IMG/VR virus record: IMGVR_UViG_3300044643_002701
Reading direction: 5' to 3' (one strand)
From: an uncultured virus (IMG/VR IMGVR_UViG_3300044643_002701)
Lineage: Duplodnaviria; Heunggongvirae; Uroviricota; Caudoviricetes
DNA: 64,000 nucleotides
The notes under the pieces were generated by a model. It had not been told where the DNA came from and did not search any database. It saw only the letters and a list, made by a program, of their open reading frames with translations. This document shows positions 49,843 to 58,837 of the stretch, piece after piece (positions within the stretch are counted from its first letter, which is position 1; each line of letters starts with the position of its first letter). A program made the position numbers and the translations under genes.

Positions 49843-50508
49843 ATGAAGGAATTGTTTTACAAGCCTGTAAAAATTTCAAGTACAGATCATGATGTTCTGT
49901 TTTGGGGATGTATGCACTATGGTCACGATCCAAAGTGGGATGTTCCTATTTGGAAGACCAGAGGATACAATAGTTCCTTTGAACACGATGAGGGGTTAAT
50001 TCGTAATTGGAATAACAAAGCCAATGCTAGTACTATTGGGTTTCTTCTTGGTGATACAATTTTTGGTCATAACGCGGACGACAGATTAGTTAGCCTTTTC
50101 CGTAGATTAAACTTTAAGGAATTATACATTTTACCCGGCAACCACCAAGCTGGTTACAAACAACTGATTGAAAGTGTGCAGGATAATACCCTTCTGCCTT
50201 CTGCTTCTGAATACAAGCAAGTTCATTTTGTTCCAAATTATTTGGAGACTGTAGTAAATGGACAAGCTATTGTAATGTCTCATTTTCCTATTCTATCTTG
50301 GAATGGAGCAGGAAAGGGGGTATATCATATTTTTGCGCACGTACATGGCAATCTAAACAGATCAGAACTTGGAAGGGCATATCTAAAAACCGGATTACAG
50401 CATGAGATTTCCGTAGAGAATTGCCCAAGTCCTATTACTTTTGGCGAGCTAAAAGCCGAGATGAGAAAGAAAGTGCGAAGCTGTCCGGATCATCATGATG
50501 AAGCTTGA
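49843..50508 (+). CDS. Calcineurin-like metallophosphoesterase (divergent)
   Basis: GCMHYGH, LLGD, PGNH, SHFP, HVHG. Confidence 0.75.
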   Translation: MKELFYKPVKISSTDHDVLFWGCMHYGHDPKWDVPIWKTRGYNSSFEHDEGLIRNWNNKANASTIGFLLGDTIFGHNADDRLVSLFRRLNFKELYILPGNHQAGYKQLIESVQDNTLLPSASEYKQVHFVPNYLETVVNGQAIVMSHFPILSWNGAGKGVYHIFAHVHGNLNRSELGRAYLKTGLQHEISVENCPSPITFGELKAEMRKKVRSCPDHHDEA

Positions 50509-50539
50509 CATTATTACTAAAATATACTATCATTAAATA

Positions 50540-50914
50540 ATGAAATATCAAATTCGTAAAGCTGAACAATATACAGTATGGCAAGCAACTGAAGTTGCAA
50601 ATCTGGATCCAGAAGACTTTAAGAATCTCGAAGAAAATCCATACACAGGGGATTCTGAGGAGGAGTTCCTAAAGTATATTGCTGAATTCATAAACACCTG
50701 CCGTTGGGATGGATTCCCTAGTGATCTTAATAGTGCCGCTACTAAAGAGCTTGATAAGATGGTAGAGAATGTCAACTGGACAGAGTATCATAACTCTTCA
50801 TTTGATGGAGAGGAGTCTTGGTACGAAATCGGAGAGGCAGACGAATCATATCGTAAGAGTGGAGGATTTAATTCCCGCTTTGATACCATTCAAAATACAA
50901 ACACCGATTGGTAA
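50540..50914 (+). CDS. Hypothetical protein
   Basis: Promoter TTGACA-N17-TATCAT at 50505-50533. Confidence 0.6.
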   Translation: MKYQIRKAEQYTVWQATEVANLDPEDFKNLEENPYTGDSEEEFLKYIAEFINTCRWDGFPSDLNSAATKELDKMVENVNWTEYHNSSFDGEESWYEIGEADESYRKSGGFNSRFDTIQNTNTDW

Positions 50915-51471
50915 TGCAAACAAAATGCTATCTTGACATGGATGGCGTTTTGGCCAACCTATTTGATTTTATTTCTATTAAAATTCTTGATAAAGAATAC
51001 AAGGAAATCAAAACGCCCGAAGAAAAGTTAAAACTAAAAAAAATTTGGACTGATAAAGACTTATTTATCGAAAAACTAGGAATGCCAGCTGATTTATTTA
51101 TAAATCTTAGTCCATATAGTACTAACGATGTGCTAATAAATAAAGTAATAGAAAAGTTTAATGGTTTTTATATTTGTTCATCTCCGGCGAAAATGTTTCC
51201 AGATGAATGCATACTTGGAAAACTGCGATGGATAGGTAAACACATTATACCCAAGTATTCCACTTATTTTAAGGGAGCGGTTTTTCCAAGGCAAAAGTCA
51301 GAATATGCTATGAATGAAGATAGGTCTAAGAATATTTTAATAGATGACTATCAGCCTTACATAGATAGCTGGGAAGCTGCCGGGGGCATTCCAATTAAAT
51401 TACAAAGCTCATTACACGATAGTCAAAGCATTTTAAAACTTCTTGAGGAAGAATTTAAAAATATTAATTGA
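50914..51471 (+). CDS. HAD 5'(3')-deoxyribonucleotidase-like protein
   Basis: LDMDGVLA, CSSP, K..W, ILIDD..WEAAGG; TAATG overlap gives start 50914. Confidence 0.8.
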   Translation: MQTKCYLDMDGVLANLFDFISIKILDKEYKEIKTPEEKLKLKKIWTDKDLFIEKLGMPADLFINLSPYSTNDVLINKVIEKFNGFYICSSPAKMFPDECILGKLRWIGKHIIPKYSTYFKGAVFPRQKSEYAMNEDRSKNILIDDYQPYIDSWEAAGGIPIKLQSSLHDSQSILKLLEEEFKNIN

Positions 51472-51502
51472 CATTAATGTAAATATTGATAATAATAAAA
51501 TT

Positions 51503-52135
51503 ATGGGCATGTTCGACACTATACTAGTAAAAAGAAAACTTCCACTCACAAAGGAAATCAAGAAGGCTTTTCCTGATACCGATTGGGCTCAGGAAAGTTT
51601 TCAAACGAAGTCATTAGACAATACAATGACCACTTATACCATTAAAGGTACTGGTCTTTATTGGTCTAAGGTAGAAGGAGAGTATGTCAGGACAATGACA
51701 GAAGAGGAAGAGAAGAAGGCCAAAAAGAGTAGGAAGTGGGTATGGCCTTATGAATTTGTTGAATATAGTCGGAAGACTGTAAACGTTCCATTTCATGGAA
51801 CTATTAACTTTTATTCCTATAAGGAAGACAAGGATAATAATACTTGGGACATAGAGTTCGATGCACTTTTTAATACTGGTAAGCTTGTGAGCATTAAGCT
51901 CGTGAAGGGCGAGATCTCAACCACAGCGGAAGAAAACGCCGCTAGAGACAAGGAGTGGCGGGATAGACTAGATGCCCATGAAAACCATCCTTGGACAAAG
52001 ACTAAGAAGATTCTGAATAAGATTACTTTTGGCTATTGGACAAAGTTCTGGAGTAGCTATGTATCTAGAGGTCTTTACTGGATTTCCCAAAAGACGCAAA
52101 AGCTTCAGCTTTGGGTTATTCGAACGCTCGCTTAA
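51503..52135 (+). CDS. Hypothetical phage protein (MGMFD start)
   Basis: Start moved to ATG 51503, downstream of TTGACA at 51468. Confidence 0.6.
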   Translation: MGMFDTILVKRKLPLTKEIKKAFPDTDWAQESFQTKSLDNTMTTYTIKGTGLYWSKVEGEYVRTMTEEEEKKAKKSRKWVWPYEFVEYSRKTVNVPFHGTINFYSYKEDKDNNTWDIEFDALFNTGKLVSIKLVKGEISTTAEENAARDKEWRDRLDAHENHPWTKTKKILNKITFGYWTKFWSSYVSRGLYWISQKTQKLQLWVIRTLA

Positions 52136-52136
52136 C

Positions 52137-52241
52137 ATGAGAGGGGACTATATTCCTTTATTGTCATGGCTTTCTGCTATGTTGATAGGCATGGTGATTT
52201 GGTTTTATTTAATTAAATTTATATGGCTCATTTTTGCTTAA
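52137..52241 (+). CDS. 34-aa single-TM peptide
   Basis: MRGDYIPLLSWLSAMLIGMVIWFYLIKFIWLIFA fills the operon gap. Confidence 0.4.
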   Translation: MRGDYIPLLSWLSAMLIGMVIWFYLIKFIWLIFA

Positions 52242-52840
52242 ACGCCCCTGTCTCTCAGCATATTTATGGCTATGTTGATAAAGCGATACTTCATGGAAGC
52301 CTTACTCCACAGCACGAATACGAACCTTGCATTATATTTGGCATAACATCCATCCCATCACGGGCTTTACATTTTTCAATATTGTGCGAGTCAGGAGCGC
52401 AGTGGGCAAGAATACCACTTCATATGTTAAGGCACGAAAAGCCAACCTTTTCTCTATCAAAAACACATGATCTGAGTAATTTACAAATGTGGGATAATCA
52501 TGGTTGGGATTTTAGTGTTGTTCAATACGACTTTTTAAGAGAAATGAGTTGTGAGTATATAAACAAAGACAATATTAAAATACCAGCGCGTTACTGGTTT
52601 ACTCTAGACCATACGGACAATGGTTATTCGCAATATCCATCACAACACAAATGTTATCATTTACTACTATTGGAAGATGGCAGTGGTCAAATAGCCGCAC
52701 AACCAAATAATAGAATTTTATGGAAAGAACATTCGTTTGTCAAGAATGTGGATAAAATAACTTACAAAACAATGTCTCCAAAAACTTGGCATTGTGAGAC
52801 TGGTAAAAACGCAGACGAAACATCTTTTACAAATAACTAA
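52223..52840 (+). CDS. Hypothetical phage protein
   Basis: 205 aa ORF. Confidence 0.6.
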   Translation: MAHFCLNAPVSQHIYGYVDKAILHGSLTPQHEYEPCIIFGITSIPSRALHFSILCESGAQWARIPLHMLRHEKPTFSLSKTHDLSNLQMWDNHGWDFSVVQYDFLREMSCEYINKDNIKIPARYWFTLDHTDNGYSQYPSQHKCYHLLLLEDGSGQIAAQPNNRILWKEHSFVKNVDKITYKTMSPKTWHCETGKNADETSFTNN

Positions 52841-52847
52841 TTTATAT

Positions 52848-53132
52848 ATGAACAAAACTAGGGTAAACAATGAAGTGTATATAGACATTTCTAAACCCCT
52901 GAGTAAAAAAACAAAAAAGCTCCTTAGAAACGCGAAACCCGCAAAAAAACATTTTTGTTATAATTTGTTTAATAAAAAGATCAGCATCGGGCTTTGGGAG
53001 ATTCCAGATACAAAATATAAGAATTATCCAAAACTTAGCTTTGCAAACTTTAAATCATATGCAAAAATAGGAATTTCTTGGAAGAAGAACCTATTTGAGA
53101 TTGTTTGGAATAAGAAAACCCGTACTTATTAA
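52848..53132 (+). CDS. Hypothetical basic protein
   Basis: Likely start ATG 52848. Confidence 0.45.
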   Translation: MNKTRVNNEVYIDISKPLSKKTKKLLRNAKPAKKHFCYNLFNKKISIGLWEIPDTKYKNYPKLSFANFKSYAKIGISWKKNLFEIVWNKKTRTY

Positions 53133-53184
53133 AGAACGGATTTATTTTCTTGACATGCACTACTAAAGTATGTAGAATCATATA

Positions 53185-53808
53185 ATGAAAAATGTTTTCA
53201 TCATTGCAGATCTTCACTTCGGAGACTCTGATATGTGCAATCTGTTAAAAGCAGATGGCCATCCTATGCGACCATTTAATAGCGTAGAGGAGCATGATGC
53301 TACACTGATTGAAAACTGGAACAAGGTTGTTACTGACCCAAGCGATAAGGTTTATGTTCTTGGTGACGTAGCACAGAAAAGGAAAGACATTGAAAACTTT
53401 GGCAAACTCAATGGGAAAAAGATCCTTATCAAGGGCAATCATGATATCTATGAGATGAAAGAGTATGCGAAGTATTTCAAAGATATTCGTGCAACTCATA
53501 GGTTGGAGAATGGTATTCTTATGAGTCATATTCCGGTTCATCCCGGCACTTTTGGCAAAGCACATAAGGTAAATGTACATGGTCACATTCATGATAAGAG
53601 GGTCTTAAGAGACAAATACTTTCCCAGTGATGGTACGCTTGAAATCGACCCAAGATATTTCTGCGTCTCTTGTGAGCATATTAACTATACCCCTATGGAA
53701 CTTGGTGCTATTGAGATAGAGGTATTCGGATTTGAAAACCGTGCAAAGACCTTGGAGGAACTTGCGACACAGGCACAGGAACTTAATATGGGATATGAAT
53801 TAAAATGA
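53185..53808 (+). CDS. Calcineurin-like metallophosphoesterase
   Basis: ADLHFG, LGD, GNHD, SHIP, HGHIH; promoter TTGACA-N17-TAGAAT at 53150-53178. Confidence 0.85.
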   Translation: MKNVFIIADLHFGDSDMCNLLKADGHPMRPFNSVEEHDATLIENWNKVVTDPSDKVYVLGDVAQKRKDIENFGKLNGKKILIKGNHDIYEMKEYAKYFKDIRATHRLENGILMSHIPVHPGTFGKAHKVNVHGHIHDKRVLRDKYFPSDGTLEIDPRYFCVSCEHINYTPMELGAIEIEVFGFENRAKTLEELATQAQELNMGYELK

Positions 53809-54179
53809 ACAATCATCAAAAAATTGTAGAACTAAATAAGATTTGGTATGATCTTATAACTTGCGAGTACCATAAGGACAGGGATTGTCATTTCTATATC
53901 ATCACTGATTACCAGTATGGTGAGAAGGTTGTTTATACTGTTCAACACGTCGGGTATATTAATCATCGTTATGATGATACTGACTGGGAGACGATAGCAG
54001 AAGCTGAAATAGAACTTATTAAGGTTTTGTCTGAATGCATATTAAATGAAGTTGAATGGTACTTAGAACATTATGGAGACCCAAATTGGGATCAGCATGC
54101 AAGATATAATAATAAAGAGCTTGAAAGCATAAAGCAAGCTGTACTTGATATAAAATCTAATGTAAAAGCAGAAAGGTAA
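53805..54179 (+). CDS. Hypothetical protein
   Basis: 124 aa; ATGA overlap with upstream gene. Confidence 0.55.
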   Translation: MNNHQKIVELNKIWYDLITCEYHKDRDCHFYIITDYQYGEKVVYTVQHVGYINHRYDDTDWETIAEAEIELIKVLSECILNEVEWYLEHYGDPNWDQHARYNNKELESIKQAVLDIKSNVKAER

Positions 54180-54186
54180 ATAGCAT

Positions 54187-54456
54187 ATGGTCTTAAAAGA
54201 TATTGTAAGGGAAGTTTCAGGGTCTATTATGTCCCTATGCTGTTTAATTGGTTCAATGCCTCAGATTTATAAAATCCTTAAAACAAAACACTCAGCTGAT
54301 CTTGCACCAGCTTCTATTCTCATTTCCTTTACTTGTGCTGTATCAGGAATGGTCTATATATTGACTGGTACATACTCTTTTTGGTTGTTTATAAATTGTG
54401 TTAATGGTATAATATTATCAACAATTTTGTTTTGCTGTTGGTACAAATACAAATAA
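54187..54456 (+). CDS. SemiSWEET/PQ-loop membrane protein
   Basis: MPQIYKILKTKHSADL; three TM helices; 89 aa. Confidence 0.75.
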   Translation: MVLKDIVREVSGSIMSLCCLIGSMPQIYKILKTKHSADLAPASILISFTCAVSGMVYILTGTYSFWLFINCVNGIILSTILFCCWYKYK

Positions 54457-54464
54457 ATAATAAT

Positions 54465-55286
54465 ATGAATACATATACACTCCCTGAATCTGTTGATCTT
54501 GAAGAGATGAAAGCTTCTTTTAAGCAACATGGATATGCTGTAGCAAGAGGTCTCTTTACAGAAGTTGAAGTAGAGGAAATAAAATCAACCTTTACTAACA
54601 TTGCTGAAAATGGTCGGGTGCCGGGTCATTTTGAACCCATTTCCAAGGAAGAATCTGGTGGAGACCCTTTAAAAGAATTTCCAAGAATTATACACCCACA
54701 TAGATTTAATGATGTGGCTCGTAAGCATTTAGTTCATCAGGGTGTACTGACATGTTTAAAACAACTCATGCAGGATGACCTCTTAGCAGCTAATTGTATG
54801 TTCTACTATAAACCACCAGGCTCCAGAGGACAGGCAATGCATCAAGATAATTTCTATCTTTTAGTTGAACCACAAACATGTGTTGCAGCATGGACTGCTA
54901 TTGATGATGCAGATCCTGACAATGGTGGAATGTATCTGGTAGCAGATACAGCAGAAGAGGAAATCATATGTCCTAAAGAAGCTAACGCTAATGAGTCATT
55001 TACAACACACTTTGTACCAACCCCAAAAGGAAAAAAAGCTGTTCCCTGTATTATGAAAGCTGGTGATACATTATTCTTTAATGGTAGTTCAATTCATGGT
55101 TCCGGCCCAAATAGGTCAAAAGATCGGTTCCGCAGATCATTTATTTGCCATTATGTTCCAAAATCTACACAACGCATAAGCAAACATTATCTACCTCTAA
55201 TAACGCCCAAAGGCGAAGAGGTTATGATTGAAGCTACTGATTTTGGTGGGTTATGCGGCGAGACATGGGGTGGTGGACAACATTAA
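54465..55286 (+). CDS. PhyH-family 2OG-Fe(II) dioxygenase
   Basis: FKQHGY, KPPG..HQDN, WTAIDDA..NGGM, HGSGPN.S..R; likely start 54465. Confidence 0.85.
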   Translation: MNTYTLPESVDLEEMKASFKQHGYAVARGLFTEVEVEEIKSTFTNIAENGRVPGHFEPISKEESGGDPLKEFPRIIHPHRFNDVARKHLVHQGVLTCLKQLMQDDLLAANCMFYYKPPGSRGQAMHQDNFYLLVEPQTCVAAWTAIDDADPDNGGMYLVADTAEEEIICPKEANANESFTTHFVPTPKGKKAVPCIMKAGDTLFFNGSSIHGSGPNRSKDRFRRSFICHYVPKSTQRISKHYLPLITPKGEEVMIEATDFGGLCGETWGGGQH

Positions 55287-55490
55287 ATGCAAAATAATGA
55301 CATACATATTATTGGCCATGCTGCTATAGGCCTATTAGCATTTGGAATGCTTATGTTTTTCTGGATGATCTTCAAAGGGGTTAAGAAGGTAAAGAAGAAA
55401 GGCAGAAAAGCAGTTAAAAGAACTAGCAGATTCGATTTATATCTGGAGGAATTAGAAAATTTTAAGAAAAACTGGTTTTATGATATTTAA
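55287..55490 (+). CDS. Small membrane protein
   Basis: One TM helix followed by a basic tail. Confidence 0.45.
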   Translation: MQNNDIHIIGHAAIGLLAFGMLMFFWMIFKGVKKVKKKGRKAVKRTSRFDLYLEELENFKKNWFYDI

Positions 55491-55770
55491 AAATAAATTT
55501 ATATACAAACTTGTAATAATACTGTCTTTAGTGACACTTGGAACTTTAAGTGGCTATGAAAAGCCAGAATTTAAACTGATTGATTATCTTGATTCTTTCC
55601 ATCATAGTGGAGATGTTATAGAGGACATGAATATGTTGCAATCCAAGTATCATCTCAGAGTATCCAAGAAGAGAGATTGGCAATTAGGTGGAATTATTAT
55701 TAGAGACTTTAAGTTTCATGGGGGCAATCAACCTATTGTTACTCAGACTGGATTAATGTTTGCATTTTAA
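55480..55770 (+). CDS. Small exported or membrane protein
   Basis: N-terminal hydrophobic segment. Confidence 0.45.
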   Translation: MIFKNKFIYKLVIILSLVTLGTLSGYEKPEFKLIDYLDSFHHSGDVIEDMNMLQSKYHLRVSKKRDWQLGGIIIRDFKFHGGNQPIVTQTGLMFAF

Positions 55771-55807
55771 TCTTGACAGGTTTACCATATATTTATACCA
55801 TATTGGT

Positions 55808-56110
55808 ATGTACAATTGGTTTAACTATTCTAGAGTGAAGAAGCAACTTGAGAGTCAACTGGCTGAAAATGCGGCTCTTAGAGAAGAAAATAAGAATCTA
55901 GAAGATATCCTCAAGTCTATTGAGCAGGATGGAACAGAAGAGCATAATAATGCAGTTGCACTTAGACAGGAGATTGCTTTTCTTAAAGCAAAGTACCAAG
56001 TGATCAGTAATGATTATAAGAAGTGCACTGAACAGAGAGATGAATATAAGCATCAGCTCAATGCTGCTAATAAAGAGATTGAAGTATTGAAAAGCAAATT
56101 AAAAACTTGA
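55808..56110 (+). CDS. Coiled-coil hypothetical protein
   Basis: Start moved to 55808 from TTGACA(55773)-N17-TACCAT-N6-ATG. Confidence 0.55.
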   Translation: MYNWFNYSRVKKQLESQLAENAALREENKNLEDILKSIEQDGTEEHNNAVALRQEIAFLKAKYQVISNDYKKCTEQRDEYKHQLNAANKEIEVLKSKLKT

Positions 56111-56140
56111 CATCATCTTATAAAAATATATAATAAGGAC

Positions 56141-56371
56141 ATGCCCAAAGCAACTCTTACATTCGATTTACCAGAGGAACAAAGTGAATTTGATCTAGCA
56201 AATAATGCTGGAAAGTATTATTCTGTTCTATGGGACTTGGATCAATATCTCAGAAACTTTGTCAAGTATCCATCTGATAGAGAAGATCCAATTCTTACTG
56301 ATACTATGTCTAAGGTAAGAGGTGAGCTTTGGAGACTCATGAATGAACACAACCTAAATTTAGACCAATGA
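56141..56371 (+). CDS. Hypothetical phage protein
   Basis: MPKATLTFDLPEE; promoter TTGACA-N16-TATAAT at 56107-56134. Confidence 0.6.
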   Translation: MPKATLTFDLPEEQSEFDLANNAGKYYSVLWDLDQYLRNFVKYPSDREDPILTDTMSKVRGELWRLMNEHNLNLDQ

Positions 56372-56577
56372 AACCAGAATGGGAATTTAGAAATGATAGT
56401 GAAGGTAATCTTGACGAGATTGTTGCGGAAGATGTCCAGTTCTTCCATCTAGAAAGAATGGATAATGGCCATTGGTGGCTTGGCGTAACTCTTCAAGATG
56501 GCTCTAGAATTTCAGCCAATCTTATTTCAGATTTTAATAAAAGAATTAATTGTGTAGCACATAAAGAAGAACCTTAA
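56368..56577 (+). CDS. Hypothetical protein
   Basis: 69 aa; ATGA overlap. Confidence 0.5.
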   Translation: MKPEWEFRNDSEGNLDEIVAEDVQFFHLERMDNGHWWLGVTLQDGSRISANLISDFNKRINCVAHKEEP

Positions 56578-56578
56578 A

Positions 56579-56800
56579 ATGTTTGAAAAGAAAGCAAGAA
56601 CATTAGCAAGAATGTCAACATACAGGATTTGTTGCATTACAACAACTCTTATTGGAACCTATATCCATACAGGACATTTTACCAAATCAGTTATCTTTGC
56701 TTTAATTTTAAATGCTTGTTTTACAGTCATTTATTATTTCCATGAAAGGTTTTGGTTAGAAAAAGTAAAGTGGGGGTTGAAACTTGACACCTCCTCCTAA
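56579..56800 (+). CDS. DUF2061-like membrane protein
   Basis: RTLA..TYR..two TM helices..YYFHERFW..KWG. Confidence 0.7.
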   Translation: MFEKKARTLARMSTYRICCITTTLIGTYIHTGHFTKSVIFALILNACFTVIYYFHERFWLEKVKWGLKLDTSS

Positions 56801-56824
56801 AAGATATAGAATAAGATTATGAAT
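56783..56824 (+). repeat. Promoter cassette B, copy 2
   Basis: 39/42 identical to 49513-49554. Confidence 0.85.
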
Positions 56825-57169
56825 AAAGAACTTTTTGAAGAAATTATCCTAAAGCTTCAGCTAATGCATGAAAAGGGTCGAAAGCTCTATGAACTTGGAA
56901 TTGATCTGCTGGAATATACAGAATCATATGAAAGGATTATCGATGTACTTTTAAAGGCTCATTTCAATGATGAACAAATTGGATGGATTGATTGGTATCT
57001 TTATGAAAGACCATCCTTGACAGAGAGAGGAAAGTCAAACAAAGCTTATAAGACAGTTGGCAAGAAGAAGGTAGAAATCTGTCACACTATTGATTCTCTT
57101 TGGGAGACTATTCAGGAATATACACCTCAAGCTGAATGGGATAAAAGGTGGCCGGGTAGAAACAAATGA
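56819..57169 (+). CDS. Hypothetical protein
   Basis: 116 aa; WIDWYLYE. Confidence 0.6.
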   Translation: MNKELFEEIILKLQLMHEKGRKLYELGIDLLEYTESYERIIDVLLKAHFNDEQIGWIDWYLYERPSLTERGKSNKAYKTVGKKKVEICHTIDSLWETIQEYTPQAEWDKRWPGRNK

Positions 57170-57274
57170 TGAAAGCTTTAACAACTTTTATAATCCTAGT
57201 ATGCTTTTGTATACTTGAAGGTTGGTTTACATCTAACCTTATCAAGGTTGTTGCTTATAACGAAGTTATTCTAA

Positions 57275-57829
57275 ATGACAATTAAACCTACAGTAATTTG
57301 GTTAACAGGCCTATCTGGTTCTGGAAAGACTTCCATTGCCGAGGCCCTTAACAATAAGCTTAAAGCGAATGGAATTAGATCAGGAGTAGCAGATAGTGAT
57401 ACTCTAAGACTTGATACTAAAACACTTGTTGGGTTTGATATAGAAGGCAGATGGGTAGCTGTTAATAGAATGATCTATGCTGTTAAGAATATGATCGAAT
57501 TCCAAAAGGCAGAAGTTGTTATTGTTGCTAGTATTTCTCCTCTTATAGAGATGAGAAAACAAGCTAGGCATATTCTTACAAATTATTCAAACGCTAATTT
57601 TATTGAAGTATTCGTTGATACGTCTATTGAGATTTGTGAACAAAGAGATGTTAAAGGTCTCTATAAAAAATTTCGAGATGGTCTGATTAAAAATATGTCT
57701 GGAATTGATTCTCCATATGAAGCAGATGCAAATGTAGAAGTTTGGCTTCCATATAAAAATCCATATACTGGAGAATTGACAGTTGACAACGCCGTAAAGA
57801 TTATTTACAATGCTATTTATCAATTATGA
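57275..57829 (+). CDS. cysC: Adenylyl-sulfate kinase
   Basis: WLTGLSGSGKT, SISP, FIEVFVD, CEQRDVKGLY, GIDSPYE. Confidence 0.9.
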   Translation: MTIKPTVIWLTGLSGSGKTSIAEALNNKLKANGIRSGVADSDTLRLDTKTLVGFDIEGRWVAVNRMIYAVKNMIEFQKAEVVIVASISPLIEMRKQARHILTNYSNANFIEVFVDTSIEICEQRDVKGLYKKFRDGLIKNMSGIDSPYEADANVEVWLPYKNPYTGELTVDNAVKIIYNAIYQL

Positions 57830-58200
57830 TAAAGAAAGTATTACAACCAACTAACGGCGCTTTCGTTCAGTTTACCGAAGAAGAACTTGAGTGTATTGGC
57901 GCAGGACCGGGCACAAAGTTTAGTGTTAAACTTCATGATGATGGGTCTGTTGAGCTTCGACCTTATGTAAAAATGGAAGTTGACATTGAGAACTGGTCTA
58001 GAGAAGTCCTTGAACTAATAATTAAAGAATCATGCGAACGAGATGTTTCAGTGAATGATGTTATTATTGATTTTATAAAAGAATCAATTAATAAAGAAGA
58101 TATTAGTGCAGAAAACAAGGAAATTTTTGAGGGCAATTTACAGGCCGCATCGTTGGATCCAAATTTCACAAATCAAGACACCAGCGTTGTTAAATATTAA
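57826..58200 (+). CDS. AbrB/MazE-like DNA-binding protein
   Basis: FVQFTEEEL..G..PGT..V..DDGSVELRP swapped-hairpin pattern. Confidence 0.5.
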   Translation: MIKKVLQPTNGAFVQFTEEELECIGAGPGTKFSVKLHDDGSVELRPYVKMEVDIENWSREVLELIIKESCERDVSVNDVIIDFIKESINKEDISAENKEIFEGNLQAASLDPNFTNQDTSVVKY

Positions 58201-58215
58201 TTATTAAATAATTTT

Positions 58216-58806
58216 GTGAACGACAAGCTAAGGAAAGAAACGGTTTTAGTATTGAACCGCAATTGGCAAGCTATTCATGTTAAAAGCCCTACCGAGGCGA
58301 TTACAATGATGTACGCTGAAAACGCCACTGGTCTTGACATAAGAGGAGAAGACAATATGGTTCCATTAAAATGGGCGGATTGGATTCAATTACCCATTGA
58401 AAACGAAACGGACGACTATATTCAAAGTATTCGTGGCAATATTAAAATACCAAAGGTAATTGTTCTTTGTCATTATAATTTAGTTCCTAGAAAGCGGCCA
58501 AAATTTTCCGCTAAAGCCATATGGGAAAGAGACATGGGAACTTGCCAGTATACTGGGCAAAAGTTAATCCCAAATGATGCAAATATTGACCATGTAATTC
58601 CAAAATCTCGTGGCGGCAAAACCGACTGGTCTAACTGCGTACTCACACATAAAGATATTAATGCAAAAAAAGCAGACAGGACGCCAGAAGAAGCTGGGCT
58701 ACGCTTGATCAAGCGGCCACAAGATCCAAAAGAATTACCATCTACTTTTTATATTAAAAATAAACACAAGGTTAAAGAATGGGAACTATTCTTAAATTGG
58801 AATTGA
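58216..58806 (+). CDS. HNH endonuclease
   Basis: VLVLN, RD..CQY.G, IDHVIPKSRGG..W.N..N..K. Confidence 0.85.
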   Translation: MNDKLRKETVLVLNRNWQAIHVKSPTEAITMMYAENATGLDIRGEDNMVPLKWADWIQLPIENETDDYIQSIRGNIKIPKVIVLCHYNLVPRKRPKFSAKAIWERDMGTCQYTGQKLIPNDANIDHVIPKSRGGKTDWSNCVLTHKDINAKKADRTPEEAGLRLIKRPQDPKELPSTFYIKNKHKVKEWELFLNWN

Positions 58807-58837
58807 CATACAATACATATACTGTTATCATATATTT

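Noticed and set aside
58216..58806. Mobile homing endonuclease or intron
   Set aside because: Interrupts no gene and resembles the common free-standing HNH family.
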